Positions 24,891 to 39,814 of a DNA stretch of 64,000 nucleotides are shown here, piece after piece. The notes under the pieces are model-generated. The model had not been told where the DNA came from and ran no database searches. It saw only the letters and a list, made by a program, of their open reading frames with translations. Made by a program: the position numbers and the translations under genes. This DNA is from Eledone cirrhosa (Eukaryota): NCBI GenBank assembly GCA_964016885.1, contig OZ024740.1, positions 226,238,001 through 226,302,000 of the forward strand, written 5' to 3'. Numbering within the stretch: the stretch's first letter is position 1; each line of letters begins with the position of its first letter.

Positions 24891-27800
24891 TACACATTAC
24901 ACACTACCACTAAATTCAACCACAGTACCATTGCCACTACACGCTACCACTACATTCTACCACAGTACTATTGCCACTACATGCTACCACTACATTCTAC
25001 CACAGTACCATTGCCACTACACGCTACCACTACATTCTACCACAGTACCATTGCCACTACACGCTACCACTACATTCTACCACAGTACTATTGCCACTAC
25101 ATGCTACCACTACATTCTACCACAGTACCATTGCCACTACACGCTACCACTACATTCTACCACAGTACTATTGCCACTACACACTACCACTAAATTCTGC
25201 CACAGTACCATTGCCATTACACACTACCACTAAATTCAACCACAGTACCATTGCCACTACACGCTACCACTACATTCTACCACAGTACTATTGCCACTAC
25301 ACACTACCACTAAATTCTACCACAGTACCATTGCCATTACACACTACCACTACATTCTACCACAGTACTATTGCCACTACACACTACCACTAAATTCTAC
25401 CACAGTACCATTGCCATTACACACTACCACTACATTCTACCACAGTACCATTGCCACTACACGCTACCACTACATTCTACCACAGTACCATTGCCACTAC
25501 ACACTACCACTACATTCTACCACAGTACCATTGCCATTACACACTACCACTACATTCTACCACAGTACCATTGCCATTACACACTACCACTACATTCTAC
25601 CACAGTACTATTGCCATTACACACTACCACTACATTCTACCACAGTACCATTGCCACTACAGACTACCACTACATTCTACCACAGTACCATTGCCATTAC
25701 ACACTACCACTACATTCTACCACAGTACCATTGCCACTACACGCTACCACTACATTCTACCACAGTACCATTGCCATTACACACTACCACTACATTCTAC
25801 CACAGTACCATTGCCATTACACACTACCACTACATTCTACCACAGTACCATTGCCATTACACACTACCACTACATTCTACCACAGTACCATTGCCACTAC
25901 ACACTACCACTAAATTCTACCACAGTACCATTGCCACTACACACTACCACTACATTCTACCACAGTGCCATTGCCACTACACACTACCACTACATTCTAC
26001 CACAGTACCATTGCCACTACATGCTACCACTACATTCTACCACAGTACCATTGCCACTACACGCTACCACTACATTCTACCACAGTACCATTGCCACTAC
26101 ATGCTACCACTACATTCTACCACAGTACCATTGCCACTACATGCTACCACTACATTCTACCACAGTGCCATTGCCACTACACACTACCACTACATTCTAC
26201 CACAGTACCATTGCCACTACACACTACCACTACATTCTACCACAGTACCATTGCCACTACACACTACCACTACATTCTACCACAGTACCATTGCCATTAC
26301 ACACTACCACTAAATTCTACCACAGTACCATTGCCATTACACACTACCACTAAATTCTACCACAGTACCATTGCCACTACACACTACCACTACATTCTAC
26401 CACAGTGCCATTGCCACTACACACTACCACTACATTCTACCACAGTACCATTGCCACTACACACTACCACTACATTCTACCACAGTACCATTGCCATTAC
26501 ACCCTACCACTACATTCTACCACAGTACCATTGCCATTACACACTACCACTACATTCTACCACAGTACCATTGCCACTACACACTACCACTAAATTCTAC
26601 CACAGTACCATTGCCACTACACACTACCACTACATTCTACCACAGTGCCATTGCCACTACACACTACCACTACATTCTACCACAGTACCATTGCCACTAC
26701 ATGCTACCACTACATTCTACCACAGTACCATTGCCACTACACGCTACCACTACATTCTACCACAGTACCATTGCCACTACATGCTACCACTACATTCTAC
26801 CACAGTACCATTGCCACTACATGCTACCACTACATTCTACCACAGTGCCATTGCCACTACACACTACCACTACATTCTACCACAGTACCATTGCCACTAC
26901 ACACTACCACTACATTCTACCACAGTACCATTGCCACTACACACTACCACTACATTCTACCACAGTACCATTGCCATTACACACTACCACTAAATTCTAC
27001 CACAGTACCATTGCCATTACACACTACCACTAAATTCTACCACAGTACCATTGCCACTACACACTACCACTACATTCTACCACAGTGCCATTGCCACTAC
27101 ACACTACCACTACATTCTACCACAGTACCATTGCCACTACACACTACCACTACATTCTACCACAGTACCATTGCCATTACACCCTACCACTACATTCTAC
27201 CACAGTACCATTGCCATTACACACTACCACTACATTCTACCACAGTACCATTGCCACTACACACTACCACTACATTCTACCACAGTACCATTGCCACTAC
27301 ACGCTACCACTAAATTCTACCGCAGTACCATTGCCATTACACACTACCACTACATTCTACCACAGTGCCATTGCCACTACACACTACCACTACATTCTAC
27401 CACAGTACCATTGCCATTACACACTACCACTAAATTCTACCGCAGTACCATTGCCATTACACACTACCACTACATTCTACCACAGTACCATTGCCACTAC
27501 ACACTACCACTACATTCTACCACAGTACCATTGCCACTACACACTACCACTACATTCTACCACAGTGCCATTGCCACTACACACTACCACTACATTCTAC
27601 CACAGTACCATTGCCACTACACACTACCACTACATTCTACCACAGTGCCATTGCCACTACACACTACCACTACATTCTACCACAGTACCATTGCCATTAC
27701 ACACTACCACTACATTCTACCACAGTACCATTGCCACTACACACTACCACTACATTCTACCACAGTACCATTGCCATTACACACTACCACTACATTCTAC

Positions 27801-30800
27801 CACAGTACCATTGCCACTACACACTACCACTACATTCTACCACAGTACCATTGCCACTACACACTACCACTACATTCTACCACAGTACCATTGCCACTAC
27901 ACGCTACTACTACATTCTACCACAGTACTATTGCCACTACATGCTACCACTACATTCTACCACAGTACTATTGCCACTACACACTACCACTACATTCTAC
28001 CACAGTACCATTGCCACTACACACTACCACTACATTCTACCACAGTACCATTGACACTACACACTACCACTACATTCTACCACAGTACCATTGCCACTAC
28101 ACACTACCACTACATTCTACCACAGTACCATTGCCACTACACACTACCACTACATTCTACCACAGTACCATTACCACTACACACTACCACTACATTCTAC
28201 CACAGTACCATTGACACTACACACTACCACTACATTCTACCACAGTACCATTACCACTACACACTACCACTACATTCTACCACAGTACCATTGACACTAC
28301 ACACTACCACTACATTCTACCACAGTACCATTGCCACTACACACTACCACTACATTCTACCACAGTACCATTGCCACTACACACTACCACTACATTCTAC
28401 CACAGTACCATTGCCACTACACACTACCACTACATTCTACCACAGTACCATTGACACTACACACTACCACTACATTCTACCACAGTACCATTGCCACTAC
28501 ACACTACCACTACATTCTACCACAGTACCATTACCACTACACACTACCACTACATTCTACCACAGTACCATTGACACTACACACTACCACTACATTCTAC
28601 CACAGTACCATTACCACTACACACTACCACTACATTCTACCACAGTACCATTACCACTACACACTACCACTACATTCTACCACAGTACCATTGACACTAC
28701 ACACTACCACTACATTCTACCACAGTACCATTACCACTACACACTACCACTACATTCTACCACAGTACCATTGACACTACACACTACCACTACATTCTAC
28801 CACAGTACCATTGCCACTACACACTACCACTACATTCTACCACAGTACTATTGCCACTACACACTACCACAGTACCATTGCCACTACACACTACCACTAC
28901 ATTCTACCACAGTACCATTGCCACTACACACTACCACTACATTCTACCACAGTACCATTGACACTACACACTACCACTACATTCTACCACAGTACCATTG
29001 CCACTACACGCTACCACTACATTCTACCACAGTACCATTGACACTACACACTACCACTACATTCTACCACAGTACCATTGCCACTACACACTACCACTAC
29101 ATTCTACCACAGTACCATTGCCACTACACACTACCACTACATTCTACCACAGTACCATTGCCACTACACACTACCACTACATTCTACCACAGTGCCATTG
29201 CCACTACACACTACCACTACATTCTACCACAGTACTATTGCCACTACACACTACCACTACATTCTACCACAGTACCATTACCACTGCACACCACCACTAC
29301 ATTCTACCACAGTACCATTGACACTACACACTACCACTACATTCTACCACAGTACCATTGCCATTACACACTACCACTAAATTCTACCACAGTACCATTG
29401 CCACTACACGCTACCACTACATTCTACCACAGTACCATTGACACTACACACTACCACTACATTCTACCACAGTACCATTGCCACTACACACTACCACTAC
29501 ATTCTACCACAGTACCATTGCCACTACACACTACCACTACATTCTACCACAGTACCATTGCCACTACACACTACCACTACATTCTACCACAGTGCCATTG
29601 CCACTACACACTACCACTACATTCTACCACAGTACTATTGCCACTACACACTACCACTACATTCTACCACAGTACCATTACCACTGCACACCACCACTAC
29701 ATTCTACCACAGTACCATTGACACTACACACTACCACTACATTCTACCACAGTACCATTGCCATTACACACTACCACTACATTCTACCACAGTACCATTG
29801 CCACTACACACTACCACTACATTCTACCACAGTACCATTGCCACTACACACTACCACTACATTCTACCACAGTACTATTGCCACTACACACTACCACTAA
29901 ATTCAACCACAGTACCATTGCCACTACACACTACCACTACATTCTACCACAGTACTATTGCCACTACATGCTACCACAGTGCCATTGCCACTACACACTA
30001 CCACTACATTCTACCACAGTACCATTGCCACTACACACTACCACTACATTCTACCACAGTACCATTACCACTGCACACCACCACTACATTCTACCACAGT
30101 ACCATTGACACTACACACTACCACTACATTCTACCACAGTACCATTGCCATTACACACTACCACTACATTCTACCACAGTACCATTACCACTACACACTA
30201 CCACTACATTCTACCACAGTACCATTGCCACTACACACTACCACTACATTCTACCACAGTACTATTGCCACTACACACTACCACTACATTCTACCACAGT
30301 ACCATTACCACTACACACTACCACTACATTCTACCACAGTACCATTGCCACTACACGCTACCACTACATTCTACCACAGTACCATTGCCACTACACACTA
30401 CCACTACATTCTACCACAGTACCATTGCCACTACACACTACCACTACATTCTACCACAGTACTATTGCCACTACACACTACCACTAAATTCAACCACAGT
30501 ACCATTGCCACTACACACTACCACTACATTCTACCACAGTACTATTGCCACTACATGCTACCACAGTGCCATTGCCACTACACACTACCACTACATTCTA
30601 CCACAGTACTATTGCCACTACACACTACCACTACATTCTACCACAGTACCATTGCCATTACACACTACCACTACATTCTACCACAGTACCATTGCCATTA
30701 CACACTACCACTACATTCTACCACAGTACCATTGCCACTACACGCTACCACTACATTCTACCACAGTACCATTGCCATTACACACTACCACTACATTCTA

Positions 30801-31560
30801 CCACAGTACCATTGCCATTACACACTACCACTACATTCTACCACAGTACCATTGCCATTACACACTACCACTACATTCTACCACAGTACCATTACCACTA
30901 CACACTACCACTACATTCTACCACAGTACCATTGCCATTACACACTACCACAGTACCATTGCCACTACACACTACCACTACATTCTACCACAGTACCATT
31001 GCCACTACACACTACCACAGTACCATTGCCACTACACACTACCACAGTACCATTGCCACTACACACTACCACAGTACCATTGCCACTACACACTACCACT
31101 ACATTCTACCACAGTACCATTGCCACTACACACTACCACAGTACCATTGCCACTACACACTACCACAGTACCATTGCCACTACACACTACCACTACATTC
31201 TACCACAGTACCATTGCCACTACACACTACCACAGTACCATTGCCACTACACACTACCACTACATTCTACCACAGTACCATTGCCACTACACACTACCAC
31301 TACATTCTACCACAGTACCATTGCCACTACACACTACCACAGTACCATTGCCACTACACACTACCACTACATTCTACCACAGTACCATTGACACTACACA
31401 CTACCACAGTACCATTGCCACTACACACTACCACTACATTCTACCACAGTACCATTGCCACTACACACTACCACTACATTCTACCACAGTACCATTGCCA
31501 CTACACACTACCACTACATTCTACCATAGTACCATTACCACTGCACACCACCACTACACC
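24891..31560. repeat. 40-bp minisatellite, about 165-170 copies, with 27-bp deletion variants distally
   Basis: Unit ACACTACCACTACATTCTACCACAGTACCATTGCCACTAC. Confidence 0.98.
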
Positions 31561-31759
31561 TTGCCACTATCACTACTATTACATATTGTCAGTACTACTA
31601 TATGCTACCAATACCATTACATACTACCACTGCCAATACACATTACCACTAAAATATAGCCCTAAACACTATTACTATCACTACATAATACACATTACTA
31701 CTACATTGGACACACTACTAACTACTACTATCATTACACATTTCAATACAAATATAGCT

Positions 31760-32195
31760 ACCACCAGAACCTCAACACTACCACAGCTACTACTGCCACC
31801 ATCACCACCACCACCACTGCCATTACTGCCACCACATCCACTACTGCCACCACCAACACTGCCATTACTGCCACCACAGCCACTACTGCCACCACCACCA
31901 CCACCACTACTGTCACCACAGCCACTACTGCCACCACCACCACCTCACCACCACCACCACCACCACAGCCACTACTGCTACCACCACAGCAGCCACTACT
32001 GTCACCACCACCACCACCACTGCCATTACTGCCACCACCACCACCACCACTGCCATTATTGCCACCACAGTCACGACTGTCACCACAGTCACGACTGCCA
32101 CCACCACCACCACCACCACTGCCACTACTACCACCACAGCCACTACTGCTGCCACCACAGCAGCCACTGCTGTTACCACCACTACCACCATTACC
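31760..32195. repeat. Degenerate (CAC/CTG/TAC)n trinucleotide repeat
   Basis: Directly visible. Confidence 0.9.
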
Positions 32196-32288
32196 AAAAC
32201 CATTACTTTCACGGCCATCATACAAACATATCAATTGATTGGTGTCTTTAGCTATGTCCGTCCTATCTTTATTATTTGTAAAACCAGA

Positions 32289-32748
32289 GGGCGGCGAATT
32301 GGCAGTATCGGTAGAGAGTCGGACGCCATGCTTTCCAGCATAGTTACATCCCTTTACGGTCTGAGTTCAAATCCCACCGAGTTTAACTTTGCCTTTCATC
32401 CTTACGGGGTCGATAAAATAAAGTACCAGTAATGTACTGGGGTAATTGCTGGCCTTGTGCCAAAAGTAGAAACAATTATTTGTAAAACCATTCAAACCCT
32501 AAAACGAGGTCAACTTTGCCTTTCATCCTTACAGGGTCCATAAAATAAAGTACCAGTAATGTACAGGTTAATTGCTGGCCTTGTGCCAAAAAGTAGAAAC
32601 AATTATTTGTAAAACCATTCTGAGTTCAAATCCCACCGAGGTTAACTTTGCCTTTCATCCTTACGGCGTCCATAAAATAAAGTACCAGTAACGTACTAGG
32701 TAATTGGTGGCCTTGTGCCGAAAGTAGAAACAATTATTTGTAAAACCA
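32289..32748 (+). mobile_element. tRNA-derived SINE with triplicated 3' half
   Basis: Head GGCGGCGAATTGGCAG. AACTTTGCCTTTCATCCTTAC...AAAGTAGAAAC present three times. TSD TTATTTGTAAAACCA. Confidence 0.8.
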
Positions 32749-35700
32749 AATTTTTTTTCCTGGTTTATTTTAGTGGAGTGGCAGAGTCTATGTCCTTTAC
32801 AATCAATCTAAAACTGGTAAGATTAATACAGTTTTTGTTCCACTTCAATATCTATGTAAGAAAAATGAGAGGAGAAAATGATTTCCAGAGGGTTCACACT
32901 AGGGAGACACGCTTATGTCAGTCCTGGATTACTCATTAATAAAAATAAGTTTTAGTGTTGATGTTTCACACAATAACCACACACAGTACACTCAGTAAAT
33001 TCGTTAGAGACAGGAAGGGCATCCAGCCATAGCAAGCGTGAGAAATAAAGGCTAGAAGAACTCTCAAGTGGTGTCAGAGAGATGACTAGCTTCTGAGTGC
33101 TAATGCCATGATAAAATGCACTAGATAGCTTTGGGAACATATGTATTGTAAGTGAGATATAGGCCCCCTGCCAATCTGAGAGGTCTGTAGCACGGCTTGA
33201 GTACTGACTTGGTTGATGAAAACCCAGTCAACTCTTAAGTGATGATAGTGATAATGAACTACGTGCTTAGGATCTCCAAATAATTAAAAGCCAATAAATG
33301 CTTTCATTTTTTGTGAGACTTGGTGTAAATATTTTAACAAGGGACCTCTAAGCTCAGTATCAATGAGGGCTTTGTCATGTTTTAATCTGACACTGGATTA
33401 TGTAATGGGATTATTGTGGGACTTAGGATGGAAACACAGTAGTGGTGTTGTGAGGATAGAATAGTGTTAGATGGTCACAGGTGGATGTGATATTCAATAA
33501 GTTAGGACAAAAAGAAACATTTTCAGAGTTAATTTCCTTGTTGGTTTGAAACCACAGTGAATCATTTTGCAGTAACACAGCTAATAGATGAGAGAAGGAA
33601 AATTTGAAAGAAGTTTTTCATCTGTGTGAAATAATCATTTTATAATCTGGAGAGACCGCAAAAAATTACCTTCACTTCATCTGTAAAAGCCACATCTTTC
33701 CTGATATTTCACATATAGGTTATTGCAACTGTATAAGCTTATCAGGATAATATATACTCAGATATAAATATAGATAACAAGAGAGAGAGAGGAGAAAGCC
33801 AGACAGATGGACAGAAAGACTAAGAGAGAACACAAGACCACAATAGAGTGGTGGGTATGGAGAGAAATGAAGACTAGAAAGCAGTAAACAAAAAGTAAAA
33901 ATATAACCAAATTATAAAGAAATAAAATCAAAGAGTAAACAAATATGTTTTTAAAGTCGTCTCTGATTGCATAAGTAGATCAAAGTAGATAAGTTGAAAT
34001 ATATTATTGATTCAAAATTTCATATTCTGTTGTATATATTTACAAACTGGCAGAGAGAAAAAGAAAGAATCTAGATGAAGCAGGGGAAGAAAAATAAAGA
34101 AAGAAGGGAAACAGTGAAGGGATGAACTCAACACTCTTAGTTGGGTGGTATATCTCTGTTGCATGCCACAGACAAGATGGTGAAAGTAATACTGCAGACT
34201 GCAGAGAAGAGCCATCAATATTCACTGTATCAGCCAGTCCTCTTCGATAAACTAATAGGAATAGGAAAGGAGTTGTGAACCTAGGTGAGCAGCGAAAGCT
34301 GATTGTTTGGATGGGAATGGCTGTTAATGAAACATTTATATTAATGGTTATCAAACATCTTTTGTCAGAGAACCCTTTTAAGATTTTCCCTAATTTGCAG
34401 AACCCATAACTATATTTCACAGACAATCCCTATCATACTAATTTTAGTAAGACAGTAACAATTTTTTATCATATTTCTAATGAAAGACATAACATAATCT
34501 TCAAATTATTTTGAAAATAATCAAGAATTTTAAGAGATTTAGTAATATAACTAATTTCTCATTATTTTTCTAATGTTTGGAACATATTGTTACAAAAGTT
34601 CTAACATGAAATTATGGTTAAAGGTTTGTAGATAAATATAAACTTTTTAAAACAAAGTTTTGTGTTACAGAACTATGAAGGGATTTGTTCATATATAAAA
34701 GATATATATAATAGACTTATTTAATATTTATTAAAAGAGACCTTATTTCGTGGAATGCCAGAATATTTTCCTGGAATCCACTTTGAAGAAAACTGATCTA
34801 TGCACACTTTATCTTGAGAGAAGTTTTGACATTAGAATAAAATATCAATTGGAATGAATAGTCGTTATATGTAACATATACAATAGTTACCACAAGTATT
34901 TTGGAGTTGTTTGAGGTTTACTAAGCAGTCAATGATTTTAATAAGGATATTGTGCTCAGCCAAGGATCATTATAGCTGTTTCAGAGAATAGTTTGTAGTG
35001 GCGCATGATAGTAGGTGTTTGGTTTATAGGAAAGGGGTTGAAGTCATCTAGTTAGAGGAGGCCATAGGATATTAAATTGAAATATAAACTGTGATATATT
35101 GAAATAGGAGTGTTAAGAAAAACATGTTTGTGTAATTACAGTTAAGTATCTCATATCATTAAGACTATTAGTACCATAATGAAAGAAACTGGCTATGATT
35201 TTCAAATAATTTTGAAAATAGTTAAGTATGTAGGGTGATTTATTAAACTAATCAGTTTGTCATTATGAAACTGGTGTGTGCATTACAAATTAATAAATGT
35301 TCTAATGTAAATTTGTAATGGAAGGTTTTGGGATAAATACAAACACTTTAAAATGAACAGCTTTTATAGTAGAACAGTTTCTGGCAGTTTGGTAAGAAAA
35401 GGGTTATAAAGCATGTAGCACAAATTCACATATATGACTTCAGTAATATTTGTCTGATTAAAAATAATTGTTTCTACTTTAGGCACAAGGCCAGCAATTA
35501 CCCAGTGCATTACTGGTACTTTATTTTATCGACCTCGTAAGGATGAAAGGCAAAGTAAACCTCGGCGGGATTAAAAATAATGGTTCTTATATATAATCCA
35601 ATATGGTAGATTAATCAGATACATTTTGTTGAAGGAAGCATTTAGGTTTAGGATAAAATAACAAGAGTCTGCAGCTATTTTAGATATTTGTCTATATCAT

Positions 35701-37939
35701 AAATGTTTAGTTATTGGAAATATCTTCTAGACATCCATGAGCTAAGAGTAAGCTAAGAGTAAATAAGCTAAGAGTAAAAGTCCATCTGATTAGCACCAAG
35801 AAATACCTGTCTTTAAAAGCCATTTGGTGTTTAAAGGAATATCTATATTTTTGCATTGTCTTTATTGCCTTGATATGCTATCTTCAAAATGGAGGTGTAT
35901 TGACAGAGTCATTAAAATGTGTGATCTTTATATTAAATAAATGACTAGATTTCTATTAACATGGATTATTTTTATTTTCTCTGTTATTCCTTTACTTGTG
36001 TCAATTATTAGACTATGGCCATGCTGAGGCACCATCTTTAAAGGATTTACTTGATTATATCAATCACAGCAGTTATTTTTTTAAAGTGTGGTACTTATTT
36101 CATTGATCTCACTTTTTTTTTTTGTTAAACCACTAAACCATGTAACATAAACAAGTATAGGCTTGGATACACACACACTATCATCATTTTACTTAGTGAC
36201 ATGGGTTATGACAGGCTTCCATACAGCTTTCATATACAAGATTGTAATATTGAGTAACAAATGCAGCAAGTTGGCCTTCATTGATGCTGTGCTTAACTTT
36301 CACTTTCATCCTTTCAGGTTTGTCAAACAAAATAACAGTCCAGGGCAATAGATTCTTAGAATTATTAAAGCATCTGATGAAATACCTTGTGGTATCTTTT
36401 TTCAACTTCACTAAATTAACCAACATAATCATTGCTGTCCTTTATTAATATTAAAGGTACCATGTCTGTTACCACTACAATTAATGTCAAAAGGATAGAT
36501 CCTATCACCACCATCATTATGTCACTTATAAAGGAATATATATTATATAGAAAGAGGGAGTGAAAATCAGAACATATCTACTATATATATGCATGTATAA
36601 GTTGCAAATTTTTCTATAAAAAATATGCGAAAAACCTGTATACGACTTATCTACTGTAAAACTACAAAAACACACACTAAGATTGGATGTCCTTCTTATC
36701 ATTTTAAAGTGTATACTGTGTGTATCTATTATGTAAATCATACCGTTAGAGAGGGTCTTATACTGATGACACAACTGAAGGACCCTATTAACTATTTTTG
36801 GCATGGTTCCTACAGCAAAAAGCCTTCCTATTGCCAACTACCTTACATAGTGTAGTGGAAGCATTTACATGAGGTTGTCAATCAACACACAAAAAGCAAC
36901 AGTCAAACAGTCAAATCTGAAAGCATTGTTCCAGATTAGTATTGGCTATGATTGCTACTAAACTAAATAACTAAGAAGGTTATTAGTATATGCATATATC
37001 TGTGTGTACTGTATATGTTTATATAAACATATATGCATATCATCATCATAGTCGTTTTAACATCCCCTGTCTCTGCTATAAGGCTTGGGCAGGTCTACAT
37101 AGACCATATCAATACTGAAGTAGGGTTACTGACTTCCCAGACAACCCAGAGATCTGAATCTTGCTTAGGTACAGTTTCACATTATATCAAGTGCAGAGGA
37201 GGGGTTGTCATGTCTTTGACCCAACTGAAGGGTCTGCCCAACCCTTTGTTTGGCAAGCTTTCTATGGTTGGATACCCTATTTATCACCAACCACTTTACA
37301 TATATATATATTATGTATTAGTTGGGGTGTTGGTTTCATGATTGTATAGTCGTGGATTTGATTAGTTTTCTGTGTAAGCTAATCACCAAAATAAAGAGTA
37401 CTACTTGAAGTATCGAGTAATTTATTCTGAAAGAGAGTAAAAGTGAAGACAACTTCAGTTCTAAATAGTAATTTATTAATCATGAAAGGGTGAAAGGCAA
37501 AGTTGACCTCAGCAAGATTTGATTCCAGGACACAGAGCACCAGAATGCATGCTGCAAAGCAGTCTGATACTCTAACAACTCTGCCAATTTACTGCCACAT
37601 ATGTGTGTGTGTTTTTGATAGACAGGTAGGGGATTGTTAATGTATCTTTATTAGAGGACAACTTTGTTTGTGTATATGTGTGTATGGATTTCTGTATAAG
37701 AAATAGTATCTGAGAGAAAGAGAGTGAGAGAGATGGAGAGTGAGCTGGTATATATGTAATACTAGACACAAATATGTTTGTGTCCATAGGTGTGTGTGTG
37801 TATGTGTGTATGTGTATATGTGTGTGAGTTTAAGCATCTATGCAGGAGAGTGTATAGTCTTGCATATATGTGTGCAAGTGAATGAATGTGTGTGTGTGTG
37901 TGTGAGAGCATGTGTACAGGAGAGTGTGTAGGCTGGTAT

Positions 37940-37962
37940 ATATATATATATATATATATTTA

Positions 37963-38035
<73 letters not shown>

Positions 38036-38070
38036 ATGTGTGTGTGTGTTTGCATGTGTGTGTGTGAGTG
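37940..38070. repeat. (TA)n/(GT)n microsatellite
   Basis: Directly visible. Confidence 0.9.
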
Positions 38071-38434
38071 AGTGTAAGTATGTGTGCAGGAGAGTGTGTA
38101 GGCTTGTATATATGTGTGCATGAATGAGTGAGTGTATAGGCTTGTGTGCAAGAGAGTGTGTAGCTTTCTATATGTTTATAATGACAAACAAAGTTGAATG
38201 CATGTATACGATTCACTAAACATTGCCCATTACAACCAAGTTACAATCTATCATAATAAATGTCCCAACTGACAAGCCAGAGCAGAGGCTGCTTATACTT
38301 AAAATAGATAGCTCATACACACACACACATACATACATATTTATATGTGTATATATATATATATATATATACATATATATACACACACAATAACAGACAT
38401 GGCTATGCATGCCCCTCCTCTCTCTCACTCTCTC

Positions 38435-38512
<78 letters not shown>

Positions 38513-38662
38513 TTTTTATAGGTAAGACTATGCTGCACTTGCAGCTAAGCCCTAACTCTTGTAAGAAATCCACAAGAAGGCTATCCCCATAACTACACCC
38601 ACCAATCAAGAGGAATGCTTTTCCATTGTAGTTTTATGATGTTGTTGTCGTCGTCGTCATCA

Positions 38663-38749
<87 letters not shown>

Positions 38750-38784
38750 AAGTAGTAGTAGTAGTAGTAGTAGAAGTAGTGGTG

Positions 38785-38869
<85 letters not shown>

Positions 38870-38875
38870 TAGTAA

Positions 38876-38935
<60 letters not shown>

Positions 38936-38961
38936 AAGTGGTAGTAGTAGTAGTGGTGGTG

Positions 38962-39012
<51 letters not shown>

Positions 39013-39020
39013 ATAGTAGT
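38663..39020. repeat. (TAG)n microsatellite with (GTG)n interruptions
   Basis: Directly visible. Confidence 0.97.
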
Positions 39021-39619
39021 AACTGACCCAGCTCAGCCCTGATTCAGCTCCTGATGATAAAAAGGGGGTTTAACGATGAACACACCCTCTTTTTATATAT
39101 CTAGAACTATAAAATCCAATATATATTTTATTTCATACAAAGACATAGTGTGCTTCATGGGAAATTTGACTATTACTTCTAAATGAGGAATTTTGTATGT
39201 TTTTGCTGGAACTGCAAGATATAGTAGCAACATCTCCCTCAAATAATAACTTACTATTTTAGAAAAGGATGCATTAGATAATATGGTCCTGTGTTTTCTG
39301 TGTATAGGAGAAAGACAAATTGGTCACAGCTAGAATAGTTTTGATCATACATCATGGTTGACCTGGGGTGAAACAACAACATCAACTGCAGAGAGACACT
39401 TTTGTTGGCTTCTATGTTTTGGTTTTCCCAATTTCATATTTCTGAATCACTGGTTTTGGTTTTTTTCCCTCCCAATCTCTATAACCTCCAGGGGAATGAT
39501 GTGTCTCTGACTTCTCAATTTCAAAATCAGTTTTTAAACATATTTTTCATATTGTTTAGTCAGATAAGGAAAGACTGTGCACATGAATCTTTACAGGTCA
39601 TCTAAATATGGGGAGAAAT

Positions 39620-39814
39620 ACCATATATACTTAAATATAAGTCAAACTTCTCCTCCCATTTTAAGTCTAAGAAATGGACGAAAATCCAAACCCCATTTTT
39701 AAACCAAGGCAGCTAATCAACATTTTGTCTAGATGGCATATATAAGCCAACCTTCCAATTTTACCTTCGATTTTTTGGTCACATATTGCTCAGCTTATAT
39801 TTAAGTATATACAA
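39620..39814. mobile_element. Short Tc2/pogo-like MITE (same family as 14340, opposite orientation)
   Basis: TIRs ATATATACTTAAATATAAG / CTTATATTTAAGTATATA. Internal TAGATGGCATATATAA is the reverse complement of the segment at about 14415. Confidence 0.6.

Noticed and set aside
24931-32251. Long His/Thr/Tyr-rich ORFs
   Set aside because: Artefacts of the 40-bp repeat cycling through three frames.
34040-34426. 128-aa minus-strand ORF
   Set aside because: No recognisable motif and a low-complexity end.
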